Shown in pieces: positions 19,187-29,172 of a stretch of DNA of 64,000 bases. The notes under the pieces are model-generated. The model was not told the origin of the DNA and made no database searches. It saw nothing but the letters and a program-made list of their open reading frames with translations. A program made the translations under genes and the position numbers. Numbering within the stretch: the stretch's first letter is position 1; every line of letters starts with the position of its first letter. Origin of the DNA: an uncultured Alphaproteobacteria bacterium (GTDB lineage: Bacteria; Pseudomonadota; Alphaproteobacteria; HIMB59; GCA-002718135); assembly GCA_902567135.1 (NCBI GenBank), contig CACFLO010000001.1, positions 49,748-113,747 of the forward strand, given 5' to 3'.

Positions 19187-20189
19187 CCATGACTCCTTTT
19201 CTAATTCTTGGATCCATTATTGCTAATAATATATCGGTGACAAAATTTACAAAAACGATTGTTGCAGTTAATAAAAATATAATTGCACCTGCTAATTGTT
19301 GATCATTAGATCTAGCTAGAGCCTCAATCAATAATGCACCAGCTTCAGTTAAGATTAAAATCAATGCAACCACTGGTAGTGCACTAAAAATTCTATTTAA
19401 ATCAAAACCGATCGAATTAATAACTGGTCCAAGTGAGTGCTTTGCTGGATAACGCCATAATAGACTCATACCTGATATCCCTCTAGCTCTTGCAGCCATA
19501 ACATAAAGTTTATCATTTTCATCTAACATTAATGCTCTAACGGTTTGAAGTGCAAAAGCAGTAGCATTCCATCCAAGAACAAAGATTGGTAACCAAGCTC
19601 TAGCAAGAAAATCTTTTAATTTATCAGCGGACCAAGGGGCATTTTCATATTCTTGAGAAAATAAACCTGTCATCGTATCTCCATAATACACTGTCATAAA
19701 AAGCATAATACAAAGTGCTACTAAAAAATTTGGTAAAGCTATTCCAAGATAGCTAATAAATTTCAGAGACTGATCTAAAGAGACATATTTTGTCGTGGCG
19801 GAAATAATACCAACTGGTATTGCTATTAAATACGAAAAAATTAAAGCTACTAAACATATAGTAAGTGAAAGCACAAACCTCCCACTAAGAAGATCATTAA
19901 TATTCATACGAAGAATACAACTATCTCCGAAATCTTGTTTAACTGCAATATCAGATACCCATTTTCCAAACCGATATAAAAAAGGCTTATCTAAACCAAG
20001 TCGCACTTTTTCTGCCTCAATATCCTCAAAGGTAATTTGCGAACCTTGAGTGTTTTTAAAAGCAAGATATCGTTCCGCACAAGTTCCTGGGACTAACTCC
20101 ATCAAAGAGAAAACAATAAAACAAACTATGAGTAATGTTACTATCGATAAAAATGCTCTAGTAATTGTAAACTGTATAAAATTAATCAT
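19176..20189 (-). CDS. ABC permease (DppB-like)
   Basis: LGLDKP, DFGDS, YVMAARARG, DILLAIMDPR. Confidence 0.92.
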   Translation of the reverse strand: MINFIQFTITRAFLSIVTLLIVCFIVFSLMELVPGTCAERYLAFKNTQGSQITFEDIEAEKVRLGLDKPFLYRFGKWVSDIAVKQDFGDSCILRMNINDLLSGRFVLSLTICLVALIFSYLIAIPVGIISATTKYVSLDQSLKFISYLGIALPNFLVALCIMLFMTVYYGDTMTGLFSQEYENAPWSADKLKDFLARAWLPIFVLGWNATAFALQTVRALMLDENDKLYVMAARARGISGMSLLWRYPAKHSLGPVINSIGFDLNRIFSALPVVALILILTEAGALLIEALARSNDQQLAGAIIFLLTATIVFVNFVTDILLAIMDPRIRKGVMGGS

Positions 20190-20234
20190 TATTTAATTTT
20201 TATTAATTGATATCCAAGACTAATTAGAAAAAAT

Positions 20235-20263
20235 AAAAGCGGCAATAAAAAATTGCCGCTTTT
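20235..20263 (-). terminator. Stem-loop between binding-protein and permease genes
   Basis: AAAAGCGGCAAT-aaaaa-ATTGCCGCTTTT, perfect 12-bp inverted repeat. Confidence 0.75.
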
Positions 20264-20284
20264 TAAAGAATTTATTACTTTACC

Positions 20285-22345
20285 TTATTCGTCTAACCAC
20301 CACTGTGTAGCTAGATATGGATAAGTTCTGTAATACTCATAAGAAGTTGTTTTGAATTGCGTAAAGTTTTTCAAAGCATTTCTATGATATGTTGGGAATG
20401 GTGCTTTTACAGTACCAATTAACAAAGTTTGTTCTGTTAACATAGTAGTGATTTTTTCACCCCACTCATTAGATTCAGCTGTACCTAAAGCGTATGATTG
20501 GAATTTATCAATCCCATCGCTTAAGTCGTAAACCCATTGTGGAGGTTCTACACCGTCTGAGCCATTACTATCAATGTAAGCAGCCCATAACATACCTTGA
20601 GTATGATTGAAGTAGTTACCAAATGGTGCTTTAAATGTTTCAGGATTACCTGCGATAATAGCCAAAGGTTGGCCTTTATCCCAAGCGTGAACATCTAGAG
20701 CATTTGAAGATTGTGAACCACGATATTCATCTGGTGTAACTTCTTTAAAGTTTGTTTTAACACCAACATCATTCCACATACGTGCAACTAGTTCAACTTC
20801 AACACCACCAATACCTTGAGTTGCATAGTCAATGTTCATTGCAAAAGGAGATCCATTAGGAAGCTCTCTAAAGCCATCACCATCAACATCTTTTAATCCA
20901 ACTTCATCAAGTAAAGCGTTAGCTCCATCTGGATCATATTGAGTCATATGCATTTTGATTTCATCAGAAACAAAATCAGGTGCAGGTGAAATACCTACAA
21001 ACTGCTCTACAACACCCATTCCATAGTAAGCAACATCGTTGATTTCATTTCTATCAAGTGCAATTGACATTGCTTGACGGAAACGAATATCACCATAGAC
21101 TTTACGTTTTTCCATATCTGGATGAGTTACGTTAAAGCTAAATAGTGCAGCACCACAACCTGGGTTAATTTGAAGATTATACTCACCTGAGTCAGCACCA
21201 TCTAATAATTGAGGCGCAGATTCCAGTTGAACAGATTGAGATTTATAATCAACTTCACCATTAACTAGTTTTAACAATCTAATCTCATTTTCATTGATGT
21301 ATCTTTCATTTTGATAATCAATGTATGGTAATTGATTTCCAGCAGTATCAACTTGATGGAAATATGGATTAGCTGCGTACACTCTTCCCTCAGTAGTATC
21401 TTCAATAGTCATATAAGCTTCTAATGAAGGATAAGCTGCGTACACTAAGCCACTAACTAGATCAGGGTTTCTCAACATAGGAGTTGGAGTATCAGTCCAA
21501 CCTGAGTTACCATAATAAGCAGCAAGAGCATCCCAACCATCTGCAAAACCTAAAGCTTGTGCATTTGCATCAGCATTAGAGTCTATTTCAGGATGAAATT
21601 GTTCTAAGAAATGTGCAGGCATAAAAAATTGATTGTATGACCATGCAATAGTTGCTGTTAAACCAGGGAAAGGTGATGGTAAGTTAAATCTAGCTGTTAC
21701 ATCATCAATAACATCAACAGTCATTGGTTCACCACCAACAAGAAGATAAGGGTATGGTTTTTCTCTAATGTTAGTATTCATCATTAGATCTTCATACCAA
21801 AATTCTATATCTCTAGCAGTAAATGGTTCTCCGTTAGACCACTTATGTCCTTTTCTCAGTGTAAAAGTTAAAGTTGTGAAATCATCATTCCACTCAAAAC
21901 TTTTCGCAACATTTGGTACAATAGTTGTTAAGTCATCAGCAAATCTTAATAAGTTTACGTGACGAGTTGATAACATATCTGAAGTACCAGCTTCAGTTGC
22001 ATTTGATAAGAAATTAATTGTACCACCGTACTTACCGATTGAATCATAAGGTCTAACAACTAGCGGCTCTTCAGGAAGTCTATCTCCAACTGGAGGTAAA
22101 GCTTTATTACCCTGAATACTTGCATTAATACTTGCAATATTTGGGTTTTCCTTAAATTGCATTTCGCAACCTGCTAATTGTTCAAACTCATCTAATTCGT
22201 ACTGTTGAGTATACTGTCCAGCATCAACACCATTTGGATTACTTTGAGTTGAACCATTACCTGCGCAAGCACCAGCAAAAGAATAACTACTCCATGATAT
22301 TGAAGCTAAAGAAAATACAACAGCTAAAATTAATTTTTTAAACAT
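20285..22345 (-). CDS. ABC substrate-binding protein, family 5 (sugar/oligosaccharide-binding type)
   Basis: Signal peptide, LPPVGDRLPEEPLVV, LRKGHKWSNGEPFTA, NPYF..VD..GNQLPYID, FRQAMSIALDR. Confidence 0.88.
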   Translation of the reverse strand: MFKKLILAVVFSLASISWSSYSFAGACAGNGSTQSNPNGVDAGQYTQQYELDEFEQLAGCEMQFKENPNIASINASIQGNKALPPVGDRLPEEPLVVRPYDSIGKYGGTINFLSNATEAGTSDMLSTRHVNLLRFADDLTTIVPNVAKSFEWNDDFTTLTFTLRKGHKWSNGEPFTARDIEFWYEDLMMNTNIREKPYPYLLVGGEPMTVDVIDDVTARFNLPSPFPGLTATIAWSYNQFFMPAHFLEQFHPEIDSNADANAQALGFADGWDALAAYYGNSGWTDTPTPMLRNPDLVSGLVYAAYPSLEAYMTIEDTTEGRVYAANPYFHQVDTAGNQLPYIDYQNERYINENEIRLLKLVNGEVDYKSQSVQLESAPQLLDGADSGEYNLQINPGCGAALFSFNVTHPDMEKRKVYGDIRFRQAMSIALDRNEINDVAYYGMGVVEQFVGISPAPDFVSDEIKMHMTQYDPDGANALLDEVGLKDVDGDGFRELPNGSPFAMNIDYATQGIGGVEVELVARMWNDVGVKTNFKEVTPDEYRGSQSSNALDVHAWDKGQPLAIIAGNPETFKAPFGNYFNHTQGMLWAAYIDSNGSDGVEPPQWVYDLSDGIDKFQSYALGTAESNEWGEKITTMLTEQTLLIGTVKAPFPTYHRNALKNFTQFKTTSYEYYRTYPYLATQWWLDE

Positions 22346-22462
22346 ATTATTTCTCCTCTTTAAATTTAAAGTAATGATGAAGTCATTACATATATAAGCT
22401 TAAAATACAAAAAAAATTTGACAGGTTTATTACATTTATTTTGTAAAAATTTGAATTGGCAA

Positions 22463-23371
22463 TTAAAGCCAAACTGGGTTTGTCCAAGCAAAATCGCCAG
22501 AATCATTAGCAATACTGACCCTAAACCACTCTGATGGATACTTTTTTAGGTCAAATTCAGCCTTTGTAATATTTTTCCCATTCTGACTCATGGATTTAGC
22601 TCCTTGACCAACAACACACACTTGATTTGAAGGGGAGCACTGGATATTTACTTGATAGCTATTAATTTCAAACTCGAAAATTTCAACTCCTGTAGAAGAA
22701 TAATATTGTCCATTTTTTAATGCATTTAAAATTGAGCTTTCTGATAATTTATCTGCAGCAACCATCACCCATCCACCTCCACAATCTTGCATTTTAAAAT
22801 GAGAGTCATCAGTAGCAGTTAAAAATATTCTATTATTTTCTTGTAATAAATAGTCTGCTGCTGCAGTACCAAAACCACGTTGAGCTTCTATATGGCATGA
22901 ATGATTATAAATTTCAATACCATGTGCATGACTTAAAGAAAGACATTCATCAAATGTTAGAGAATACCATTCTGGATGAGCTATTGTAACAAACGCACCT
23001 GCTTCAATTGCTCTTTGAACTAAATGAGTTGCTGTTTCTTTTTCATCAGCACATTTAAAATCTAACGGTAAACCATTTGCAACAATATGCCAAAGTCCAT
23101 CTTTAACATATTTTTTACCTAGGCAATGAAGTTCTGCTGATGGAATGGTTATAAAGTCTTTTTGATTAAGATGTTTTGTTTCTAATACTGTTTCAGCTGC
23201 AAAGTTAGTATCTTTCCACAAATGATCTGAAAGGCATGTAAAATCATAACCTATTTCCTTATACTTATTAACAACTTCTTGTGGATTTAAAGCTCCATCT
23301 GAATGATTTGAATGTCCATGCAAATTACCTTTAAAGTACTTATGTTTATTTTTTGAAGGTAATAAATGCAT
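22463..23371 (-). CDS. PHP-domain metallohydrolase (CehA/McbA-like)
   Basis: GNLHGHSNHSDG, SDH, AHP, EIYN, TDDSH, AWTNP. Confidence 0.8.
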   Translation of the reverse strand: MHLLPSKNKHKYFKGNLHGHSNHSDGALNPQEVVNKYKEIGYDFTCLSDHLWKDTNFAAETVLETKHLNQKDFITIPSAELHCLGKKYVKDGLWHIVANGLPLDFKCADEKETATHLVQRAIEAGAFVTIAHPEWYSLTFDECLSLSHAHGIEIYNHSCHIEAQRGFGTAAADYLLQENNRIFLTATDDSHFKMQDCGGGWVMVAADKLSESSILNALKNGQYYSSTGVEIFEFEINSYQVNIQCSPSNQVCVVGQGAKSMSQNGKNITKAEFDLKKYPSEWFRVSIANDSGDFAWTNPVWL

Positions 23372-23432
23372 AAAAATTATTAGACTAAATTTATTTATTT
23401 TTAATCAAAATAAAATCTATATAATTTCATGC

Positions 23433-24485
23433 ATGTTAACAACAGTTATTGGAGCTTACCCTAAACCAAATTATTTAAAAATTACTGATTGGTTTAATGC
23501 ATCAGGGGGAACAGACACTCAATTTCCTACAAAGTTTTATAATAATGAGATTAAACAAATGGGTAATGAAGCTGAAGATTTATTTATTCGTGCTACTAAA
23601 GAAATTATTCATGATCAAGAAGAGTGTGGCATTGATATAATTACAGATGGTGAAGTTCGTAGAGAAAATTATATTCACTATCACTGTAGGCATTTAAAAG
23701 GTATAGATTTTAATAATCTTACTGAAAAAGTTGCAAGAACAGGGAATTATAAATGTTGGCTGCCAACAATAACGAACAAAGTATCAGCAGCAGATCCTTT
23801 CTTAGTAGAAGAATGGAAAAGTAATCAAACTCTAACAAATAAACCATTAAAAATTACAATTCCTGGACCTATGACTATTACGGATACTATTGCTAATACA
23901 TATTACAAATCAGATGAGGAACTCGGAAATGATTTAGCAATAGCTATTAATACAGAGATAAAAAGATTAGTAGGTGCGGGCTGTAAATATATTCAAGTTG
24001 ATGAACCCTTATTTGCAAGAAAACCTGCAAATGCTTTAGCTTTTGGAATACAGAATTTAGAAAAATGTTTCGAGGGAATAAATCAAAATGATGTTGAAAA
24101 AATAACACATATCTGCTGCGGATACCCAGATAAAATTGATGCAGTTGATTATCCTAAAGCACCTTTAGATTCATATAAAAAAATCGCTATGCAGCTTGAT
24201 AATTCAATAATTGATAGTGTATCTATTGAAGATGCTCACCGCTATAATGATTTAACATTACTTAAAGATTATAAACAGACAAAAGTAATTTTTGGACTTA
24301 TCAAGATAGCTAGTTCTACAATTGAAACTGTTGAGGAAATTGAAGCAAGAATAGTTGAGGCGCTTAAAAATATTTCTAAAGATCGATTAATTGCTGCCCC
24401 TGATTGTGGTCTTGGACATTTAAGTAGAGATTTAGCAATAAAAAAACTAAAAATAATGTCTCAAGCTGTTAAAAAGTTTTATTAA
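23433..24485 (+). CDS. Core (single-barrel) cobalamin-independent methionine synthase family protein
   Basis: TTVIGAYPKP, TDGEVRR, PGPMT, QVDEP; Zn ligands HICCG, SIE, PDCGLG; 350 aa. Confidence 0.85.
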   Translation: MLTTVIGAYPKPNYLKITDWFNASGGTDTQFPTKFYNNEIKQMGNEAEDLFIRATKEIIHDQEECGIDIITDGEVRRENYIHYHCRHLKGIDFNNLTEKVARTGNYKCWLPTITNKVSAADPFLVEEWKSNQTLTNKPLKITIPGPMTITDTIANTYYKSDEELGNDLAIAINTEIKRLVGAGCKYIQVDEPLFARKPANALAFGIQNLEKCFEGINQNDVEKITHICCGYPDKIDAVDYPKAPLDSYKKIAMQLDNSIIDSVSIEDAHRYNDLTLLKDYKQTKVIFGLIKIASSTIETVEEIEARIVEALKNISKDRLIAAPDCGLGHLSRDLAIKKLKIMSQAVKKFY

Positions 24486-24490
24486 TAACA

Positions 24491-25594
24491 ATGATTGATT
24501 CATCAAGAAAAGGACAAAGTTATTACATGATCAAGCCAAATGCAATTCTAGAAGTAAATTTAAAAAATCTTGTATACAATTATAAAAAACTTTCCAAAAT
24601 AGCCAATAATTCTGCTTGTGCAGCAGTAATTAAAGCAGATGCATATGGTACTGGTGTTTTAAAAATATTTGAAACTTTATATAAAAACAATTGCAGACAT
24701 TTTTTTGTTGCAACTACCGAAGAAGCTTTGGAAATTAGAAAAAAAAAATCAAAAGGTAGTGTGTATGTTTTAAATGGATTGGAAAATACTAAATTACAAA
24801 TATTTTATAATCACAATATCATTCCTATAATAAATGATAAAAATGAATTTAATGTTATATCAAAAAATTTAAATAAATTTAAAAAATTTAAATATGGAAT
24901 ACATGTTGATACAGGCATCAACAGGCTAGGAATAAATTATCATGAATTCTTCAAATTAAATTTTACTAATAAAAAATTTAGTATTTTAATTAGTCATTTA
25001 TCAAGTTCAGATGAAGATAAAAGTAGTTATAATAATTTACAAAATAATAAATTTAAAAAAATATTTAACCTGAATATTAATACTGAATACAAAAGTTTAT
25101 CAAATTCTATGGCATTAAATTTAGGAAAAAATTTCCATCATGATCTAGTTAGGTCGGGTATTGCTTTATATGGTGGACATTTAAATACAAAGATGAAAAA
25201 AATCATCAAGCCTGTTGTCACCTTAAAGAGTAAAATTTTACAAATTAAAGAAATTAATAAAAATGAATTTATTGGCTACAATAACACTTTTAAAACCAAA
25301 AAAAAAATTACAGTAGCAATTATAGGTATTGGGTATGCTGATGGAATTTCAAGAATATTAAGTAATAAGGGAAAAGTGTATTTAAATAATCAGAGTTTTA
25401 AGATTTTAGGCCGTATATCCATGGACACTATCACCATTGATATTTCGCAAAAAAGTAATTTGCTAAAAGTTGGAGATTACATGGAATTAATTAATCATGC
25501 CCACGGAATAGATAAAATAGCAAAACAATGTAATACAATTTCTCATGAAATTCTAACTTCGATTTCTAAGAGAGTCAATAGAGTTTATGTTTAG
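24491..25594 (+). CDS. alr: Alanine racemase
   Basis: AVIKADAYG (PLP Lys), DTGINRLG, RSGIALYG, GYADG, GRISMD; start may be the later MIKPN. Confidence 0.92.
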   Translation: MIDSSRKGQSYYMIKPNAILEVNLKNLVYNYKKLSKIANNSACAAVIKADAYGTGVLKIFETLYKNNCRHFFVATTEEALEIRKKKSKGSVYVLNGLENTKLQIFYNHNIIPIINDKNEFNVISKNLNKFKKFKYGIHVDTGINRLGINYHEFFKLNFTNKKFSILISHLSSSDEDKSSYNNLQNNKFKKIFNLNINTEYKSLSNSMALNLGKNFHHDLVRSGIALYGGHLNTKMKKIIKPVVTLKSKILQIKEINKNEFIGYNNTFKTKKKITVAIIGIGYADGISRILSNKGKVYLNNQSFKILGRISMDTITIDISQKSNLLKVGDYMELINHAHGIDKIAKQCNTISHEILTSISKRVNRVYV

Positions 25595-25596
25595 AA

Positions 25597-26574
25597 TTAC
25601 TCATAGGCAATTACACTAATGATTTCAAACATAATAGAGGCAGCAACCATTGACGTTATATTATTTTTTTGATCTTTAGTAGGCATTAAACATACAACAT
25701 CTCCACCTATAACATTTTTATTTTTTACTGATTGAATTAATGCTTTTGCTTCATCAATTGTAAAACCAGTAAAACTTGGCTCAATATTTGAAACTGCAGG
25801 AGCTACTGAAGAATCTAAAGAATCTAAATCAAAAGTAATGTAAACTGGATTATCGCCTATTTTATCAAGAGTTTCATCTATGACATCTTTAATACCTCTC
25901 TTGTGAAACTCTTGCATAGTAACGACATTGTAACCAAGATCATAACTTGGTTGTAGCCAGTCCAATGTACGTGGATTACCTCTCATTCCAATTTGCATAC
26001 TATTTTTTGGATTAATAATACCTTGATCAACAAGATAAGCACCCCAATGTGCAGCACTCTTTTTTGCACCCATAAAGTGATCTAGTTGACTAAAAGTATC
26101 AGTATGAGCATCAATATGAAGAAAGGATATTTTTGTTCCTTTTGTCATTTCTAAATTATTAGATCCCAATCCTTGTAAAATACCCCCTGTAATTGAATGA
26201 TCACCACCAATAGATACAACTGGTTTTTTTTCTTTAGCTATGTTTGTATAAAAATTTGTAATATCCTCAATACATCGCTCATTATTATTTGCATGTGGAA
26301 GAGCAACATCACCTAAATCAAATATTTTTTTTTCTTTCCAAGGATTAATATTAAAATCTAAATGAACTCTTCTTAGTCCAGCAGATACATTCCTTACAGC
26401 TCTTGGTCCTAAATGCTGATCTCTCTCTGTAGTGCCATTACCAGTACTATGAGGAACACCAACTAATGCTATATCACAATTTGATATGTCTTTTCTATTT
26501 TCACACCGAAATAATGTTGGTATTCCCCACCAATACATTGTTTCCATCATCAACTCATCATTGGAGTTACTCAT
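25597..26574 (-). CDS. Atypical ureohydrolase (arginase/agmatinase family)
   Basis: GGDHS, DAHTD and DLDSLD metal ligands retained; substrate-pocket motifs altered (see findings). Confidence 0.82.
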   Translation of the reverse strand: MSNSNDELMMETMYWWGIPTLFRCENRKDISNCDIALVGVPHSTGNGTTERDQHLGPRAVRNVSAGLRRVHLDFNINPWKEKKIFDLGDVALPHANNNERCIEDITNFYTNIAKEKKPVVSIGGDHSITGGILQGLGSNNLEMTKGTKISFLHIDAHTDTFSQLDHFMGAKKSAAHWGAYLVDQGIINPKNSMQIGMRGNPRTLDWLQPSYDLGYNVVTMQEFHKRGIKDVIDETLDKIGDNPVYITFDLDSLDSSVAPAVSNIEPSFTGFTIDEAKALIQSVKNKNVIGGDVVCLMPTKDQKNNITSMVAASIMFEIISVIAYE

Positions 26575-26584
26575 TTTAAATAGA

Positions 26585-27700
26585 TTAATTTATTGCTTTG
26601 CTTGGATCAACAAAATTATAACCTAAATCTTCTGCAACTGCCTTATAAGTTACATTGCCTTGGCAAATATTTAGGCCAGCAAGGAAATTTGCATCACTAC
26701 TCAAAGCATCTCTATAACCACTTTGTGCCAGTTTCAAAACAAATGGTAAAGTTGCACTATTCAAAGCGATAGTAGACGTCATAGGAACGCCGCCTGGCAT
26801 ATTGGCAACACAGTAATGAACAACATCATCAATTACATATGTTGGATTTGCATGAGTCGTTGGTTTACTTGTTTCTACACACCCACCTTGATCTATAGCA
26901 ACATCGACGATTACTGATCCTCTTTTCATATCTGTAATCATTTCCCTTGATATTAATTTTGGAGCATTAGCACCAGGAATTAAGACACCTCCAATTAATA
27001 TATCTGTTTCAACAACATAATCTTTTAAATTTATATGATCAGAGACTAAAGGAATAATTCTATCACCAAACTTCATTTGAAGTTCTTCAAGACGAGATTC
27101 CGATTTATCGACAATATGAACTTTTGCTTCCATGCCTGATGCAATCGCTGCAGCATTTTCACCTACAACGCCACCACCTAAAATTAGCACATTTCCAGGA
27201 TTAACTCCTGGAGCCCCACCAATTAATAATCCTCTGCCACCTTGAGGTTTCTCCAAGCAATGTGCTCCAGCTTGAACAGACATTCTTCCTGCAACAGCAC
27301 TCATTGGGGCCAATAAAGGTAATCTATTATTTTCATCAGTGACAGTTTCATAGGCAATACAAATGGATTTTGAGTTAATTAAACCTTTTGTTAATTCTGG
27401 AGCTGCAGATAAATGTAAGTAAGTGAATAAGATTTGATTTTCTCGTAACATATTAACCTCTTCAGATTGAGGTTCTTTAACTTTTACAATCATATCAGAG
27501 TCATTAAAAACATCAGCAGCAGTTGAAGCTATTTTAGCTCCAGCTTTTTCATAATCAGCATTTTCAAAACCTGCACCAAAACCAGCGTCTTTCTGAACTA
27601 AAACATCGTGTCCATGATTAGTTAATTCTTGAACGCTTAAAGGAGTAAGGCCGACCCTAGATTCTTGTGCTTTAATTTCAGATGGAAGACCAACTTTCAC
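26585..27700 (-). CDS. ald: Alanine dehydrogenase
   Basis: EIKAQESRV, KVKEP, FTYLHL, PMSAVAGR, GGGVVG, DVAIDQGGC, HYCVANMPG. Confidence 0.95.
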   Translation of the reverse strand: MKVGLPSEIKAQESRVGLTPLSVQELTNHGHDVLVQKDAGFGAGFENADYEKAGAKIASTAADVFNDSDMIVKVKEPQSEEVNMLRENQILFTYLHLSAAPELTKGLINSKSICIAYETVTDENNRLPLLAPMSAVAGRMSVQAGAHCLEKPQGGRGLLIGGAPGVNPGNVLILGGGVVGENAAAIASGMEAKVHIVDKSESRLEELQMKFGDRIIPLVSDHINLKDYVVETDILIGGVLIPGANAPKLISREMITDMKRGSVIVDVAIDQGGCVETSKPTTHANPTYVIDDVVHYCVANMPGGVPMTSTIALNSATLPFVLKLAQSGYRDALSSDANFLAGLNICQGNVTYKAVAEDLGYNFVDPSKAIN

Positions 27701-29040
27701 TATTGTTCCTTAAAATAATTAGTAATACCTGTTCTAAGTTTCTCAATAATTTCATCAATATGTTTTTTTTCTGAAATAAAAGGTGGCGCTACTATTAAAC
27801 AATCACCCGTTGCTTTTAGGCTGAGACCTGAGGCAAACAAAGATTTAAAACATGCATAACCAGCTTTACCAAGACGCTCATCCATTCGTAAATCAATACC
27901 GCCCATCATCCCATAGCCTCTAATATCTGCAATACCTTCAATATCTTTTAGACTGAACAAACCATCTAAAAAGTATGGGGACATTTCTTTAGCACGATTA
28001 AATAAATCTTCTTTTTTAAAAATATCTTGCATCGCTAAACCAGCTGCAACTGAACATGGTATTGCTGAATATGTATAACCATGAAAAAATTCAATAGCGC
28101 CTTTAGGTGCGGCATCTACCATAGAGTCATAAATGTGCTCTCTTGATGCTACTGCTCCAAGTGGAACCACACCATTAGTAATAGCTTTTGCCATTGTCAT
28201 AATATCAGGAGTAACATCAAATGCTTGGGCTCCAAATGGTTCACCCATTCTACCCCAGCCAGTTATAACTTCATCAAAGACAAGAAGAATGCCATGCTTA
28301 TCACAAATCTCTCTTAATTTTTTTAAATATCCTTTTGGTGGTACTAAAGTTCCTGTGGAACCAGCTACAGGCTCTACAATACATGCTGCAATATTTTCTC
28401 CACCTATATGACCTGCTATGCGTTCTAAATCTTCTGCCAAATAATCACCTGTTGCAGGTTCGCCTCTTACAAATTTATTATCTGGAAGATGTGTATGGCG
28501 TAAATGATGTACGTTTGGCATCAAGATACTTGAAAAAGTTTTTCTATTGGCAACCATTCCTCCAACAGAAATTCCTCCAATGTTCATTCCGTGATAACCT
28601 CTCTCGCGACCAACAATATGATGTCTGTGTCCTTCACCTTTTGCTTTGAAGTAGGCTATTGCAGTTTTAATTGCCGTATCAACTGCAGATGAACCACACA
28701 TAGTAAAAAAAATTCTATTTAAATCTTCAGGTGTATGTTTAGAAATTCTTCTTGCCAATTCAAATGAACCGTTAAATCCTTGTTGAAAGGGTTGAACATA
28801 ATCAAGTTGTTCAAGTTGTTTATATACCGCTTCTCTGATTTCCTGACGTCCATGACCTGCTGGACTACAAAACAATCCCGAACTTGCATCTATTAATTGA
28901 TTGCCATGATGGTCAGTGTAGTACATTCCTTCGGCTTTGACCATTAGCCTTGGATTATTTTTAAAATCATCATTCGATGTAAATGGCATCCAATGTTCTT
29001 CAAGTGAATTTGGTAATTCGTTTCTATTTTCTAAATCCAT
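27700..29040 (-). CDS. Omega-amino acid (beta-alanine type):pyruvate aminotransferase, class III
   Basis: HWMPFT, SGLFC..AGHGR, GYHG, EPVAGSTG, FDEVITGWGR, MAKAIT, HGYTYS. Confidence 0.88.
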   Translation of the reverse strand: MDLENRNELPNSLEEHWMPFTSNDDFKNNPRLMVKAEGMYYTDHHGNQLIDASSGLFCSPAGHGRQEIREAVYKQLEQLDYVQPFQQGFNGSFELARRISKHTPEDLNRIFFTMCGSSAVDTAIKTAIAYFKAKGEGHRHHIVGRERGYHGMNIGGISVGGMVANRKTFSSILMPNVHHLRHTHLPDNKFVRGEPATGDYLAEDLERIAGHIGGENIAACIVEPVAGSTGTLVPPKGYLKKLREICDKHGILLVFDEVITGWGRMGEPFGAQAFDVTPDIMTMAKAITNGVVPLGAVASREHIYDSMVDAAPKGAIEFFHGYTYSAIPCSVAAGLAMQDIFKKEDLFNRAKEMSPYFLDGLFSLKDIEGIADIRGYGMMGGIDLRMDERLGKAGYACFKSLFASGLSLKATGDCLIVAPPFISEKKHIDEIIEKLRTGITNYFKEQ

Positions 29041-29172
29041 AATTATCCCTAAATAAGCAAATTTTATTAAGCCTTACATCATAGAAATAGCTAATCCAAG
29101 AAGAATTCTTGCTGTTTTTCTTAATTTCATAGGAAAATTTAACACCCTAGTATAGAAGAAAAAAATTCATTT

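Noticed and set aside
23372..23432. SAM riboswitch upstream of the MetE-like gene
   Set aside because: The spacer is only 61 nt, almost all A/T, with no pairing pattern I can support.
27700..29040. Canonical taurine:pyruvate aminotransferase (tpa)
   Set aside because: The N-terminal HWMPFT and HGYTYS motifs fit the beta-alanine/omega-amino acid subfamily; taurine activity remains a hypothesis.
29097..29111. CAAGAA-gaa-TTCTTG inverted repeat in the aminotransferase/pta spacer
   Set aside because: Short, single and AT-rich, with no cognate regulator in view.
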